DNA of 64,000 bases from an uncultured Desulfospira sp. (GTDB lineage: Bacteria; Desulfobacterota; Desulfobacteria; Desulfobacterales; Desulfobacteraceae), in NCBI GenBank assembly GCA_963663165.1, contig OY760175.1:2688001-2752000 (forward strand), given 5' to 3'. Each line of letters begins with the position of its first letter. Within the stretch, counting starts at the first letter, position 1. Below the pieces are notes generated by a model. The model did no database searches. It was not told the DNA's origin and worked only from the letters and a program-made list of their open reading frames with translations. A program made the translations under genes and the position numbers. Positions 1-9,309 of the stretch are shown here, piece by piece.

Positions 1-2
1 AT

Positions 3-914
3 CAGACCCATTACACGCTTCCGGAAATAAAAAAAGTGGATACCACCCAGGTGGACCGGCTCACGGTCCAGAAGGGGGACGAAAAAATTGAATTTAAAAA
101 GACCGGCGACGGCTGGACCGTGGGAGATGAACACTTCCCGGCTGACAAACCGGCCGTGGATGACATGCTCACCGTAATCCAGAACCTGAAGCTGTCCACC
201 CTGGTATCTGAAAAGGATGACCGGATCCGGTATGAACTGGACAAGGAGAACGCCCTTGATGTAAAGGCGTTTAAGGGGGACACCCTGTTGATGACCTTTA
301 AAATCGGCAAGCCCGCCCCGAGTTACAACCATACCTTCGTCATGATTGAAAACAACGACGCCATCTTTCATGCGGTCAACAGTTTCAGGTCCGACTTTGA
401 CAAAACCATGGACGAATTCAGGGACAAAGCCGTTTTAAAGTTTGACAAAGATTCCATCCAAAAAATCACCCTGGAAAAGGCGGGGAAAACCCTGACCCTG
501 ACCTGCCCGGAACCTGCCGACGATCAAAAAGAAGAAACCAAAGAAGGCGCAAAGGCCGTCTGGCAGGCCAATGACGGATCTACCCCGGACAAAGAGGCCA
601 TCGAAAGCCTGCTGGACACCCTGTCCTCTCTGGTCTGTGACACCTACCCCGGCGGGAAAAATGCCGATCCGGCAGACAAAACCCCTGATTGTAAAATTAT
701 CCTTGAAAATAATGAAAAAATGGTCTTAAACCTGTATGTGGACGGGGAAAAGACATCCGGAACTTCCTCCATGAATGACTATCTGTTTGAGCTGCAATCG
801 TATACGGCAAATAATATTGCCGAAAATACGGACAAACTGCTTGGAATTGAAAAAGAAGCTGAGAATATGGAACAACAGCCCGGCCCGCCACTGCCGGCTC
901 CGGAAAATGAATAA
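3..914 (+). CDS. DUF4340-like envelope protein, 5' end outside the window
   Basis: Frame is open from the window start. Two repeated units (…W…D…V..L..L..L), with 'FRDKAVLKFD..I.KITL' between them, resemble DUF4340. Confidence 0.6.
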   Translation, partial: QTHYTLPEIKKVDTTQVDRLTVQKGDEKIEFKKTGDGWTVGDEHFPADKPAVDDMLTVIQNLKLSTLVSEKDDRIRYELDKENALDVKAFKGDTLLMTFKIGKPAPSYNHTFVMIENNDAIFHAVNSFRSDFDKTMDEFRDKAVLKFDKDSIQKITLEKAGKTLTLTCPEPADDQKEETKEGAKAVWQANDGSTPDKEAIESLLDTLSSLVCDTYPGGKNADPADKTPDCKIILENNEKMVLNLYVDGEKTSGTSSMNDYLFELQSYTANNIAENTDKLLGIEKEAENMEQQPGPPLPAPENE

Positions 915-1629
915 ATTTTTAAAACTGTTATATCAGCCCTATAAATGGCTTGTGGTGGTCCCTGTTGCGTTTGTCTCCACCATGGGCATCGGGATGATAT
1001 GCTTTTTTGTCAGCCTGATCTTCGGCCAGGATGCCGCTGACATCCCGGCCGTGATCTGGGCCAGAATCTGCTGTGCCGTAGTCCCCATCAAGGTCAACCT
1101 GAAAGGCAAAGAACGGTACAGCAGAACATCGGCCTACGTGGTGGTGGCCAACCACCAGAGCATTGCCGATATCCCCGTGATTCACAGTGCCATCGGCCTT
1201 AAAATAAAATGGATCATGAAAAAGGAACTGGACCATATCCCGTTGTTCAGTGTGTCCTGCCACAAGTTGGGCTGCATTTTCATTGACCGGTCCGACCGGC
1301 AGGCCGCCATCGACTCCATCCATAAAGCCAAAGCCACCCTATCCCCCAACAGTTCGGTATTTTTCTTTGCCGAAGGGACCCGGAGCAAAGACGGAAAATT
1401 AAGACCCTTTAAAAAGGGGGCGTTCATTTTTGCCATGGAAACCGGGATTCCCCTGCTGCCGGTAACCATTAAAAACTCCTACCGTGTCCTGCCATCAGAC
1501 ACCCTTGACCTGGTTCCCGGAATTGTTGATGTGGAAGTTCACGCCCCGGTCCACATAGGCGAATCCGATAAGAAACATCTGGATAAGATTGTTGAACAGG
1601 TCCGAACCACCATTGCGTCAGGGCTGTAA
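907..1629 (+). CDS. plsC: 1-acyl-sn-glycerol-3-phosphate acyltransferase
   Basis: NHQSIAD (HX4D), FIDR and FAEGTRS motifs. ATG at 907 overlaps the end of the upstream gene. Confidence 0.9.
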   Translation: MNKFLKLLYQPYKWLVVVPVAFVSTMGIGMICFFVSLIFGQDAADIPAVIWARICCAVVPIKVNLKGKERYSRTSAYVVVANHQSIADIPVIHSAIGLKIKWIMKKELDHIPLFSVSCHKLGCIFIDRSDRQAAIDSIHKAKATLSPNSSVFFFAEGTRSKDGKLRPFKKGAFIFAMETGIPLLPVTIKNSYRVLPSDTLDLVPGIVDVEVHAPVHIGESDKKHLDKIVEQVRTTIASGL

Positions 1630-1711
1630 CATCATATTTTTCTTGTCTTTTTTCTTTTTTTCCGTCATTATTTAAGGCACATGCTTTGAAATCTGTCATC
1701 TAACTCGGATA

Positions 1712-1915
1712 AACGGCCATGGGCCGCCTTGGTTATCCAACCAAGAACCGCCCACAACGAATAATGAAACTGAAGATACCAGCAACGGTAGACTATAAAT
1801 TGGGCACCGCAGGTGCTTCGCCCTCTTGTCTCTTGTTTCTTGTCTCCAGTTTCTTATAACGGCCACGGGCCGCCTTGGTTATCCAACCAAGTATCGCCCA
1901 CAACGAATAATGAAA
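1712..1915. repeat. Two ~58-bp direct repeats (1712-1769, 1858-1915), each with an internal hairpin
   Basis: AACGGCCAYGGGCCGCCTTGGTTATCCAACCAAG.A.CGCCCACAACGAATAATGAAA occurs twice; hairpin CTTGGTT-ATCC-AACCAAG. Confidence 0.9.
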
Positions 1916-2036
1916 GTCTTATCACGCTGTTAGTGAGACTTTCATATAAAATTCATACGGAAGACGGCCCGGGGAATCCGGGAAATTTAATTCAATTTCA
2001 ATTCAGTGAACGATTTAACGACCAAGAGGCGATAAA

Positions 2037-2435
2037 ATGGATGCCAATTCACCTGCCCGCCCACGGGTTCTTGTCATGGATGACGAAAAATCAATCCGTG
2101 ATATCACCGGGGCCATGCTCACCAAATTCGGATGTGACGTCACCCTTAGCGAAGAAGGAGAAGAGGCCGTCAGTTATTACCGGCAGGCCCATGAACTGGG
2201 AAGCCCGTTTACCCTGGTCCTCCTGGACCTGACCATCCCGGGGGGAATGAGCGGCAAAGAGGCCTCTGAGAAAATCCTTGCCCTGGACCCGGAAGCCTGT
2301 ATTGTTGTATCTTCGGGCGATTCGGGCGATCCTTTTGTAGAAGAGTATACATCCCACGGGATTAAAATGCTTCTGCCCAAGCCGTTTCGGGCACCCCAGT
2401 TAAAACAGATGCTTGATGACCTGATTGACACTTAA
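2037..2435 (+). CDS. Stand-alone response regulator receiver protein
   Basis: VLVMDDE, LLDLTIPGGMSG (phospho-Asp), SSG and PKPF motifs. Confidence 0.9.
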   Translation: MDANSPARPRVLVMDDEKSIRDITGAMLTKFGCDVTLSEEGEEAVSYYRQAHELGSPFTLVLLDLTIPGGMSGKEASEKILALDPEACIVVSSGDSGDPFVEEYTSHGIKMLLPKPFRAPQLKQMLDDLIDT

Positions 2436-2575
2436 AATACCCTCATCCACTTTGCTCCCCAATTCTGCCCGCCGTTTGTGAAAAATCCAATTTTCATTGG
2501 GAATAATCCCCTATTTAAACCAGATATGCTGTTCTAAAAAAACCAAATCCCCAACGGGTTTCTCTGCCATAAATT

Positions 2576-2664
2576 GTGGACAGTGTGGACTTAGTGGCCC
2601 ATGTGGACCTGGTGCCGGAAATCCGAAACCAGCCACAGGGTCCACTGTTGTCCACTATGCCCAC
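2576..2664. repeat. Inverted array of 9-bp-period GTGGAC units
   Basis: GTGGAC-like units at 2576, 2585, 2594, 2603, 2612; GTCCAC-like units at 2631, 2640, 2650, 2659. Confidence 0.75.
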
Positions 2665-2828
2665 AAAAACCCCTTTCCTTAAAACCGCCCGGCGTATTCC
2701 CACACCCCTGCCCATGCTTCTTGCTTCTTGCACCTTGCTCCACTTTACTCCCCCCGGGGAAACCCGCCTAATCTCGGCCGTCTCACCGTTAGTTTTTGAT
2801 TTTTTTTATAAAAAAGCCCATTTTTCTC

Positions 2829-2890
2829 TTGACTTACCCTTCTTTTTTTACAAAACTGTGTTGCAAGGTGGTGGAAAGTGGATCAAAGTG
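2829..2890 (+). promoter_or_regulatory. dcw promoter region with MraZ boxes
   Basis: TTGACT at 2829. GTG(G) repeats at 2858, 2868, 2878 and 2888 have the 10-bp period typical of MraZ sites. Confidence 0.7.
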
Positions 2891-2913
2891 TTTTCACGAG
2901 GATGTGAATTAAA

Positions 2914-3354
2914 GTGTTTCGGTCTAGTTCCTTTCATACAATAGACCCCAAAGGCAGAATCATCATCCCGGCACGGTTCAGAGATGTGCTAAAGGAGGAA
3001 GAAAAGTACGGGGTTGTAGTCTCCATAAAGGGGAATTGCCTTTTTGCCTACACGCACAGCGAGTGGAAGAATCTTGAAAAAAAGATTCTGGCAACCAAGA
3101 GCGCTACCATAGAAATGTTCAAACGGCATTTTTTAGGCCGCGCCTGCCCCCTGACATGTGACAAACAGGACAGGATCCTTATTCCGCCGGATTTAAGAGA
3201 AGATGCGGGACTTCAAAAGGATATTGTCCTGGTTGGGCTGTTAGACCGGTTTGAGATCTGGTCCAGGGAAAGATGGGACCAGGAAAAACTGACCATGGAT
3301 AAGGAACTTGAAAAACCGGAAGTAAAAGAGGAAATCGCTTCTCTAGGGCTTTAA
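2914..3354 (+). CDS. mraZ: Division/cell wall cluster repressor MraZ
   Basis: IDPKGRIIIPARFR and DKQDRILIP repeats; GLLDRFEIWS; GTG start. Confidence 0.95.
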   Translation: MFRSSSFHTIDPKGRIIIPARFRDVLKEEEKYGVVVSIKGNCLFAYTHSEWKNLEKKILATKSATIEMFKRHFLGRACPLTCDKQDRILIPPDLREDAGLQKDIVLVGLLDRFEIWSRERWDQEKLTMDKELEKPEVKEEIASLGL

Positions 3355-3357
3355 AAA

Positions 3358-4296
3358 ATGGGATTTGAGCATCGGTCCGTCATGCCCGATCAGGTGCATG
3401 AACATCAAAACCTGACGCCCGGAAGCATCTGTGTAGACTGCACGCTTGGGGGCGCCGGACACGCCCTTGCAACCGTTAAGGCCATACTGCCGGACGGTCT
3501 GCTCATTGGCATTGATCAAGACAAAGATGCCATTGCCCATGCAAAGAAGATACTGAATCCCTTCCAAAAAAACATAAAGCTGTTCCACCATAATTTCAGC
3601 GATCTGCCGCAGATTCTGGCATCCAACGGGATTGACGGTGTCAACGCTATTCTCCTGGATCTCGGGTTCTCCCTCAACCAGATCCGAAACAGCAGGCGAG
3701 GGTTTAGTTTTAACTTAGATGAACCATTGGACATGAGGATGGATACCCGGAACCCCATGACGGCACAAACCATCATAAACACCTGGTCTGAAAAAGAATT
3801 ATCCCAGATTTTTTTTAAATTTGGTGAAGAAAAATTTTCAGGCCGGATTGCCCGGGCCATTGTCCGGGAAAGGGACAGCCGCCCCATAACGGGCAGCGGC
3901 GCCCTTGCCGGCATCATTGCCGCAGCCGTGCCCCAATCCGTTAAGGCAAAATCCAAAATCCATCCGGCCACAAAGGTATTTCAGGCCTTAAGAATAGCCG
4001 TGAACCGGGAATTGGAAGTCCTGCAAGACTTTATGCAGGCGGTCCCCGACATGCTGGTTAAAGGGGGCCGGCTCTGCGTGATCTCGTTTCATTCCCTTGA
4101 GGACCGGATTGTCAAACAGGCCATACGGCAGTTTGAATCCGGCTGCACCTGCCCCAAAGACCTGCCCTATTGCGCCTGCGGGTTTGTGCCGAAGATGAGA
4201 TCTGTTTTTAGAAAGCCCCTTTTCCCCACACCAGAGGAAATTGAGGCCAACCCCATGGCCAGAAGTTCCCGGCTGCGGGTAGCTGAAAGGATTTAA
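3358..4296 (+). CDS. rsmH: 16S rRNA m4C1402 methyltransferase
   Basis: DCTLGGAGH, LDMRM, HPATKVFQALRIAVN, SFHSLEDRIVK. Confidence 0.97.
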   Translation: MGFEHRSVMPDQVHEHQNLTPGSICVDCTLGGAGHALATVKAILPDGLLIGIDQDKDAIAHAKKILNPFQKNIKLFHHNFSDLPQILASNGIDGVNAILLDLGFSLNQIRNSRRGFSFNLDEPLDMRMDTRNPMTAQTIINTWSEKELSQIFFKFGEEKFSGRIARAIVRERDSRPITGSGALAGIIAAAVPQSVKAKSKIHPATKVFQALRIAVNRELEVLQDFMQAVPDMLVKGGRLCVISFHSLEDRIVKQAIRQFESGCTCPKDLPYCACGFVPKMRSVFRKPLFPTPEEIEANPMARSSRLRVAERI

Positions 4297-4302
4297 AGTA
4301 TC

Positions 4303-4608
4303 ATGAATGCAAGAAAAGAGCCGGTTAAATCCCAAAAATACGGATACTGGTGGCTGGCCGTCATCATTGTCCTGGTGGCCCAACTCATGGTCCATGCCTG
4401 GATCCGGACCGAATCCACCCAGACCATTGTGGATATTTCTAAAACCCAGACCATACTCAGGGAAAAACAGTCCCGGACCAATACCCTGACCCTTGAACGG
4501 GACCACCTCAAATCCGATGCAAGGATCACGGCCATTGCCAAGGCCAACCTCGGCCTGATCCAGGATATTTTCAACCGGACCGTTTACCTTGAAGGAAAAA
4601 TCCGCTGA
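4303..4608 (+). CDS. ftsL: Cell division protein FtsL
   Basis: Small protein with a TM segment and coiled coil, RI..IA..LGL motif; lies between rsmH and ftsI. Confidence 0.8.
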   Translation: MNARKEPVKSQKYGYWWLAVIIVLVAQLMVHAWIRTESTQTIVDISKTQTILREKQSRTNTLTLERDHLKSDARITAIAKANLGLIQDIFNRTVYLEGKIR

Positions 4609-6341
4609 TGTCTGATACGCCCCAAAAATCCGTAGGCCCCCGGATGATTGTCATCCAGATCCTGTTGCTGGGATGCCTGTGTCTGCTTGGGGCCAGATCT
4701 TTTGAGGTCCAGATCTTTCAAGGCTCGGACCTGGCCCGGCGGGCCCAGAACAACTATTTGAAATACCGGACCATCCAGGGGGAGCGGGGCCAGATCCTGG
4801 ACAGAAATGAACATAAGCTTGCGGCCAGCATTGATTCTTTAACCATTACGGCAGACCCGTCCCAGATCAAAAAACCCGAGCAGGCCGCCCAATGCCTTGC
4901 CCAGATACTGAAGATGGATCCCAAGCCTCTGGTGGTCCGCCTGGCCACCACCCGGCGGTTTACCGTTGTGGCCCGGGATGTGTCTCCGGAACTGGCCGAA
5001 AAAGTCCGGCAGGAAAACCTGGTGGGCATTTACTATCAAAACGATTTTAAACGGGTCTATCCCAATATGAGCCTGGCATCCCAGGTCCTCGGGTTTACAG
5101 GAAAGCAGGATGCCGGCCTCGAAGGCCTTGAATTTAAATACAATGCCGTTTTAACCGGCAGCAGCGCAAAGATCAATTTTAAAGAAGACGGGGCCGGCCG
5201 GCTCCTGGATCTGGACAAGCGGCAAAAGGAGGAGCTAAAGGGCAATTCCCTAGTCCTGACCCTGGATAAAAAAATCCAGTTCTTTGCGGAAAAAGCCCTG
5301 GAGGATACAGTTACCCGGAACCGGGCCCGGTCCGGCATGGCCCTGGTCATGAGGCCGGATACCGGGGAACTTCTGGCCATTGCCCATTTTCCCAAGTTTG
5401 ACCCCAATAATTTCGGGGATTACCCCCTGGAAACCTACCGGAACCGGGCCGTCACCGACCCCTTTGAACCAGGATCGGCCATGAAGGTCTTTACCGCCGC
5501 CGCAGCCCTTGAGAACGGTTTTTTTCCCGAGTCCATCTTTGACTGCGAAAACGGCAACTACAAAATCGGCAGATACACGGTCCATGACACCCATCCCCAT
5601 GAATGGCTGTCCATCAGCAAGATCATCCAGTTTTCTTCCAATATCGGGGCCGCCAAGATATCTGAAACCATCGGGAAAGAAGCGCTTTACAAATATCTGA
5701 CTGGATTTGGGTTCGGGGACCGCAGCAACGTGGGCTGTCCCGGTGAAACCCCGGGCACCCTGCCCCAATGCCAGGAATGGTCAAAAATAGACACCGGTGC
5801 CATCTCCTTTGGCCAGGGCATTTCCGTTTCAGCAGTCCAGCTCATTGCCGGGATCAGTGCCATTGCCAACCACGGCCTTTTGATGAAGCCCATGCTCATC
5901 AAAAAAATCACCTCCCACACGGGCAAGGATATCCAGGTCTTTGACAAGACCCCCATCCGGCAGGTCATTTCAGAAGAAACCGCGGACAAGATCAAAACCA
6001 TGATGAACCTGGTGGTGGAAGAAGAAGGAACCGGAAGCAAGGCGGCCATCCCGGGATATCCCGTGTGCGGAAAAACCGGCACGGCCCAGAAGGCCCGGAA
6101 AACCGGACAGGGATACGCCAAAGATAAATACATTTCCGTATTTGCCGGGTTTGCCCCCCAACAGCAGCCCCGGCTGGCCACCGTGGTGGTGGTGGATGAG
6201 CCGACGGTTAAATATTACGGGGGGGAAGTGGCGGCCCCGGCGTTTAAGGAAATCATGGCCCAGGCCTTCAGTTACCTGAATATCCCGCCGGAACAGGAAA
6301 TCCCCATGGTGGCCGGCCTGCCCAAAGGAGACCAGCCATGA
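4608..6341 (+). CDS. ftsI: Peptidoglycan D,D-transpeptidase FtsI/PBP3
   Basis: RGQILDRN, EPGSAMK (SxxK), SSN, KTGTAQK. Confidence 0.95.
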   Translation: MSDTPQKSVGPRMIVIQILLLGCLCLLGARSFEVQIFQGSDLARRAQNNYLKYRTIQGERGQILDRNEHKLAASIDSLTITADPSQIKKPEQAAQCLAQILKMDPKPLVVRLATTRRFTVVARDVSPELAEKVRQENLVGIYYQNDFKRVYPNMSLASQVLGFTGKQDAGLEGLEFKYNAVLTGSSAKINFKEDGAGRLLDLDKRQKEELKGNSLVLTLDKKIQFFAEKALEDTVTRNRARSGMALVMRPDTGELLAIAHFPKFDPNNFGDYPLETYRNRAVTDPFEPGSAMKVFTAAAALENGFFPESIFDCENGNYKIGRYTVHDTHPHEWLSISKIIQFSSNIGAAKISETIGKEALYKYLTGFGFGDRSNVGCPGETPGTLPQCQEWSKIDTGAISFGQGISVSAVQLIAGISAIANHGLLMKPMLIKKITSHTGKDIQVFDKTPIRQVISEETADKIKTMMNLVVEEEGTGSKAAIPGYPVCGKTGTAQKARKTGQGYAKDKYISVFAGFAPQQQPRLATVVVVDEPTVKYYGGEVAAPAFKEIMAQAFSYLNIPPEQEIPMVAGLPKGDQP

Positions 6342-9304
6342 AACTGTCCGAACTGCTGTGCAAAACAGACCTGCTCAACGGCGTTGGCCTGCCTGAGGAT
6401 TCAGAACCGGTCCGGGCCGTCACTTCCGACTCCCGCCAGGCGGGACCGGGCACGCTGTTTGTGGCCATCAAAGGACATGCGGCCGACGGCCACGATTATA
6501 TGGCAAAGGCCATTGAAAACGGGGCCAGGGCCATTGTGGCCCAGGAAAATCCCCTGAACCTGGACCGGGTATTTTTGGTTAAAGATACGAGAAAAGCCCT
6601 GGCTGACATAGCGGCCCGGTTTTACGGCCATCCGTCAAGAGACATGACCCTTGTGGGGGTCACCGGCACCAACGGCAAAACCACCATCACCTGGCTTTTA
6701 GAAAGCATTTTCACCCGGGCAGGGTTTAACTGCGGGGTGATCGGCACCGTCAACATCCGGTACAACGGACAGGCCACGGACAACCCCATTACCACCCCGG
6801 ATGCCCTGGTGATCCAAAAAACCTTATCTGAAATGAAGGCCGCCGGGGTGACCCATGTGGTCATGGAAGTGTCCTCCCACGGCTTAACCCAGTTCAGGGT
6901 AAATGAATGTGAGTTTAATGCCGGCATCTTTACCAACCTGACCCAGGACCACTTAGACTACCACCCGGACATGGAAGCCTACTTCCTTTGCAAACAAAGC
7001 TTTTTTACGGACTTCATTGCCGTGGGGTCCAAAACCCCCAGCGCGGTCATCAATATAGACCACGCATACGGTATCCGGCTGTCCAAATCCCTGTCCTGCC
7101 CGAAAACCCTGGTGGGCCAGGACCCGGCCGCCCATGTGAAAACCTGTAAAATAACCGATACCATTGAAGGCCTTGCCGGCACCCTTTGCTTTGGGTCTGA
7201 AAAGTTCCCCTTTAAATCCAACCTGACGGGCAAATTCAACCTTGAGAACATCCTTTGTGCCGCCGGTGCAGCCAAAGCCGTGGGCATCGCCCCCCCGGAC
7301 ATCATCAGCGGCATTGAGGCCTGCACCCTGATTCCGGGCCGTCTTGAAAAGATCCCCAATCCCCTGGACCGCTACCTCTTTGTGGATTACGCCCATACCC
7401 CGGATGCCCTGGAATCCATCCTGGACACCTTAAGAAACCGGGCCCCGGGGCGACTGATCACCGTGTTCGGCTGCGGCGGAGACCGGGACCGGACCAAACG
7501 CCCCCTCATGGGCAATATCGCCGGGGAATACAGTGACCTTGCCATTGTCACCTCAGACAACCCGAGGGCTGAAGACCCCGATGCCATCATTGAGGATATT
7601 GTCAAGGGAATGGCCGATACCCCAAAGGCCTTCACCAACGGCCAGGACACCCCAGGCCGGGGCTACCTGGTCTGCCCCGACCGAAAACAGGCCATTGCAA
7701 GAGCACTGGAACTGTCCCGCCCCTCAGACATTGTGGTGGTGGCCGGCAAGGGGCATGAAACCTATCAGATCACGCCCCAGGGGACCATCCACTTTGATGA
7801 TAAAGAAGAGTTGGTCCTGGCCTGCCATGCCTATGAATCAAGGTTTGCCCCCATTCCCTGGCACCTGGATGATCTGTCTAACGCCCTTGGAACAGCGCCT
7901 GTCCTTTCACCTGATGAGGATTCCCCTGTATTTTCAGGAATCAGCACCGACTCCAGAACCATTGAACCGGACCAGGTCTTTTTAAGCTTAAAAGGGGAAA
8001 AATTTGACGGCCACACCTTTATCCCGGACATGATCAAAAAAGGCATCCGGGCTGTCGTGGCCCAGGAAGGCGCCATCTCTGAATCCAAAATAAAGGCCAT
8101 GGCCAAACCACCGGGGATCTTCCTTTTCCTGGTGCCCGACACCCTTGCCGCCTTAGGGCAGCTGGCCCGGTACCAGCGGGACCGTTCAGGGGCCAAGATT
8201 CTTGCCATTACCGGTTCCAGCGGAAAAACCAGCACCCGGAAAATGGTCCAGGAAATCTTCAGGCAAAAATTCCATACCCTGGCCACCAGGGGCAACTTCA
8301 ACAATGAAATCGGGGTGCCTTTAACCCTTTTAAACCTGTCAGACGCCCATGAATGGGCCATTGTCGAAATGGGCATGAACCACATGGGCGAACTGTCACG
8401 GCTGTCCGCCATCGCCTGTCCCGATATAGCGGTGGTCACCAACACCTCCGGCGCCCATCTTGAGGGGCTCGGCACCGTGGAAAACGTGGCCCGGGCCAAG
8501 GCCCAGATTTTCGACCATGCCCGCCAAAACGCCACGGCCATCATTTACGGAGATGACCCCCGGGCAGACATTTTAAAGGAAGGCGCACTGAACAACCCGG
8601 ATATTTCAAATATCCTGTTTTTCGGGTTCCAGTCCTTCAACGCGGTCAGGGCGGAGCAGGTTGAGGTCAAAGAAGACCGCTGCCGGTTTACCCTCAGCAT
8701 CAACGGCAGGACAGCTGCCTGCGGCATCCCTTCTCCGGCATCCTTTATGGTCAACAATGCCCTGGCCGCCGCGGCCGCCGCTTCCCTGGCCGGGATTGAG
8801 CCGCCAACCGTCTGTGAAGGCCTCCAGAAATTCACACCGGAATCCGGCCGCATGAACATTGTCCGGTTCAGCAGCGGCATCACCCTGATTGACGACACCT
8901 ACAACGCCAATCCCGCCTCCGTCACCATGGCCCTGCAGACCCTGGTCCGCCAGGCCGGTGACAAGCCGTCCATTGCCGTTCTCGGGGACATGTTCGAACT
9001 CGGGAAAGACGCCAAAACCTATCACCGGCAAATCGGCAAAACCATTGCCGGACTCAATATCACCCGGTTTTATGCCACCGGCCCTTTAAGTGAATCCACC
9101 TTTAAAGGCGCCCTGGACAACGGGTACCCCAGGGACAGGCTGTTTTACGGGAAAAAACAGGCCATTGCCCAACAGGTGGCCGAAACGGCAGAGCCGGGGG
9201 CATGGATCCTGGTGAAAGGCTCCCGGGGCATGACCATGGAAACCATTGTCCGGGAAATAAAAGAACGGATGAACAACAACAGCAAAACCAAAGGGGCCGC
9301 ATAA
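6338..9304 (+). CDS. murE/murF: Bifunctional MurE-MurF fusion ligase
   Basis: N-half has GTNGKTT, DYAHTPDAL, DNPR, AGKGHETYQ (MurE). C-half has TGSSGKTS, NNEIGVP, DDTYNANP, KGSRG (MurF). One 988-aa frame. Confidence 0.95.
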   Translation: MKLSELLCKTDLLNGVGLPEDSEPVRAVTSDSRQAGPGTLFVAIKGHAADGHDYMAKAIENGARAIVAQENPLNLDRVFLVKDTRKALADIAARFYGHPSRDMTLVGVTGTNGKTTITWLLESIFTRAGFNCGVIGTVNIRYNGQATDNPITTPDALVIQKTLSEMKAAGVTHVVMEVSSHGLTQFRVNECEFNAGIFTNLTQDHLDYHPDMEAYFLCKQSFFTDFIAVGSKTPSAVINIDHAYGIRLSKSLSCPKTLVGQDPAAHVKTCKITDTIEGLAGTLCFGSEKFPFKSNLTGKFNLENILCAAGAAKAVGIAPPDIISGIEACTLIPGRLEKIPNPLDRYLFVDYAHTPDALESILDTLRNRAPGRLITVFGCGGDRDRTKRPLMGNIAGEYSDLAIVTSDNPRAEDPDAIIEDIVKGMADTPKAFTNGQDTPGRGYLVCPDRKQAIARALELSRPSDIVVVAGKGHETYQITPQGTIHFDDKEELVLACHAYESRFAPIPWHLDDLSNALGTAPVLSPDEDSPVFSGISTDSRTIEPDQVFLSLKGEKFDGHTFIPDMIKKGIRAVVAQEGAISESKIKAMAKPPGIFLFLVPDTLAALGQLARYQRDRSGAKILAITGSSGKTSTRKMVQEIFRQKFHTLATRGNFNNEIGVPLTLLNLSDAHEWAIVEMGMNHMGELSRLSAIACPDIAVVTNTSGAHLEGLGTVENVARAKAQIFDHARQNATAIIYGDDPRADILKEGALNNPDISNILFFGFQSFNAVRAEQVEVKEDRCRFTLSINGRTAACGIPSPASFMVNNALAAAAAASLAGIEPPTVCEGLQKFTPESGRMNIVRFSSGITLIDDTYNANPASVTMALQTLVRQAGDKPSIAVLGDMFELGKDAKTYHRQIGKTIAGLNITRFYATGPLSESTFKGALDNGYPRDRLFYGKKQAIAQQVAETAEPGAWILVKGSRGMTMETIVREIKERMNNNSKTKGAA

Positions 9305-9309
9305 CATCC

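Noticed and set aside
775..906. Long N-terminal extensions in the ORF track (plsC, mraY, ritA, NrfD, selO)
   Set aside because: They overlap upstream genes or intergenic DNA, and downstream ATGs fit the family lengths better.
1712..1915. CRISPR interpretation of the twin repeat
   Set aside because: Only two units, repeat and spacer are too long, and there are no cas genes.
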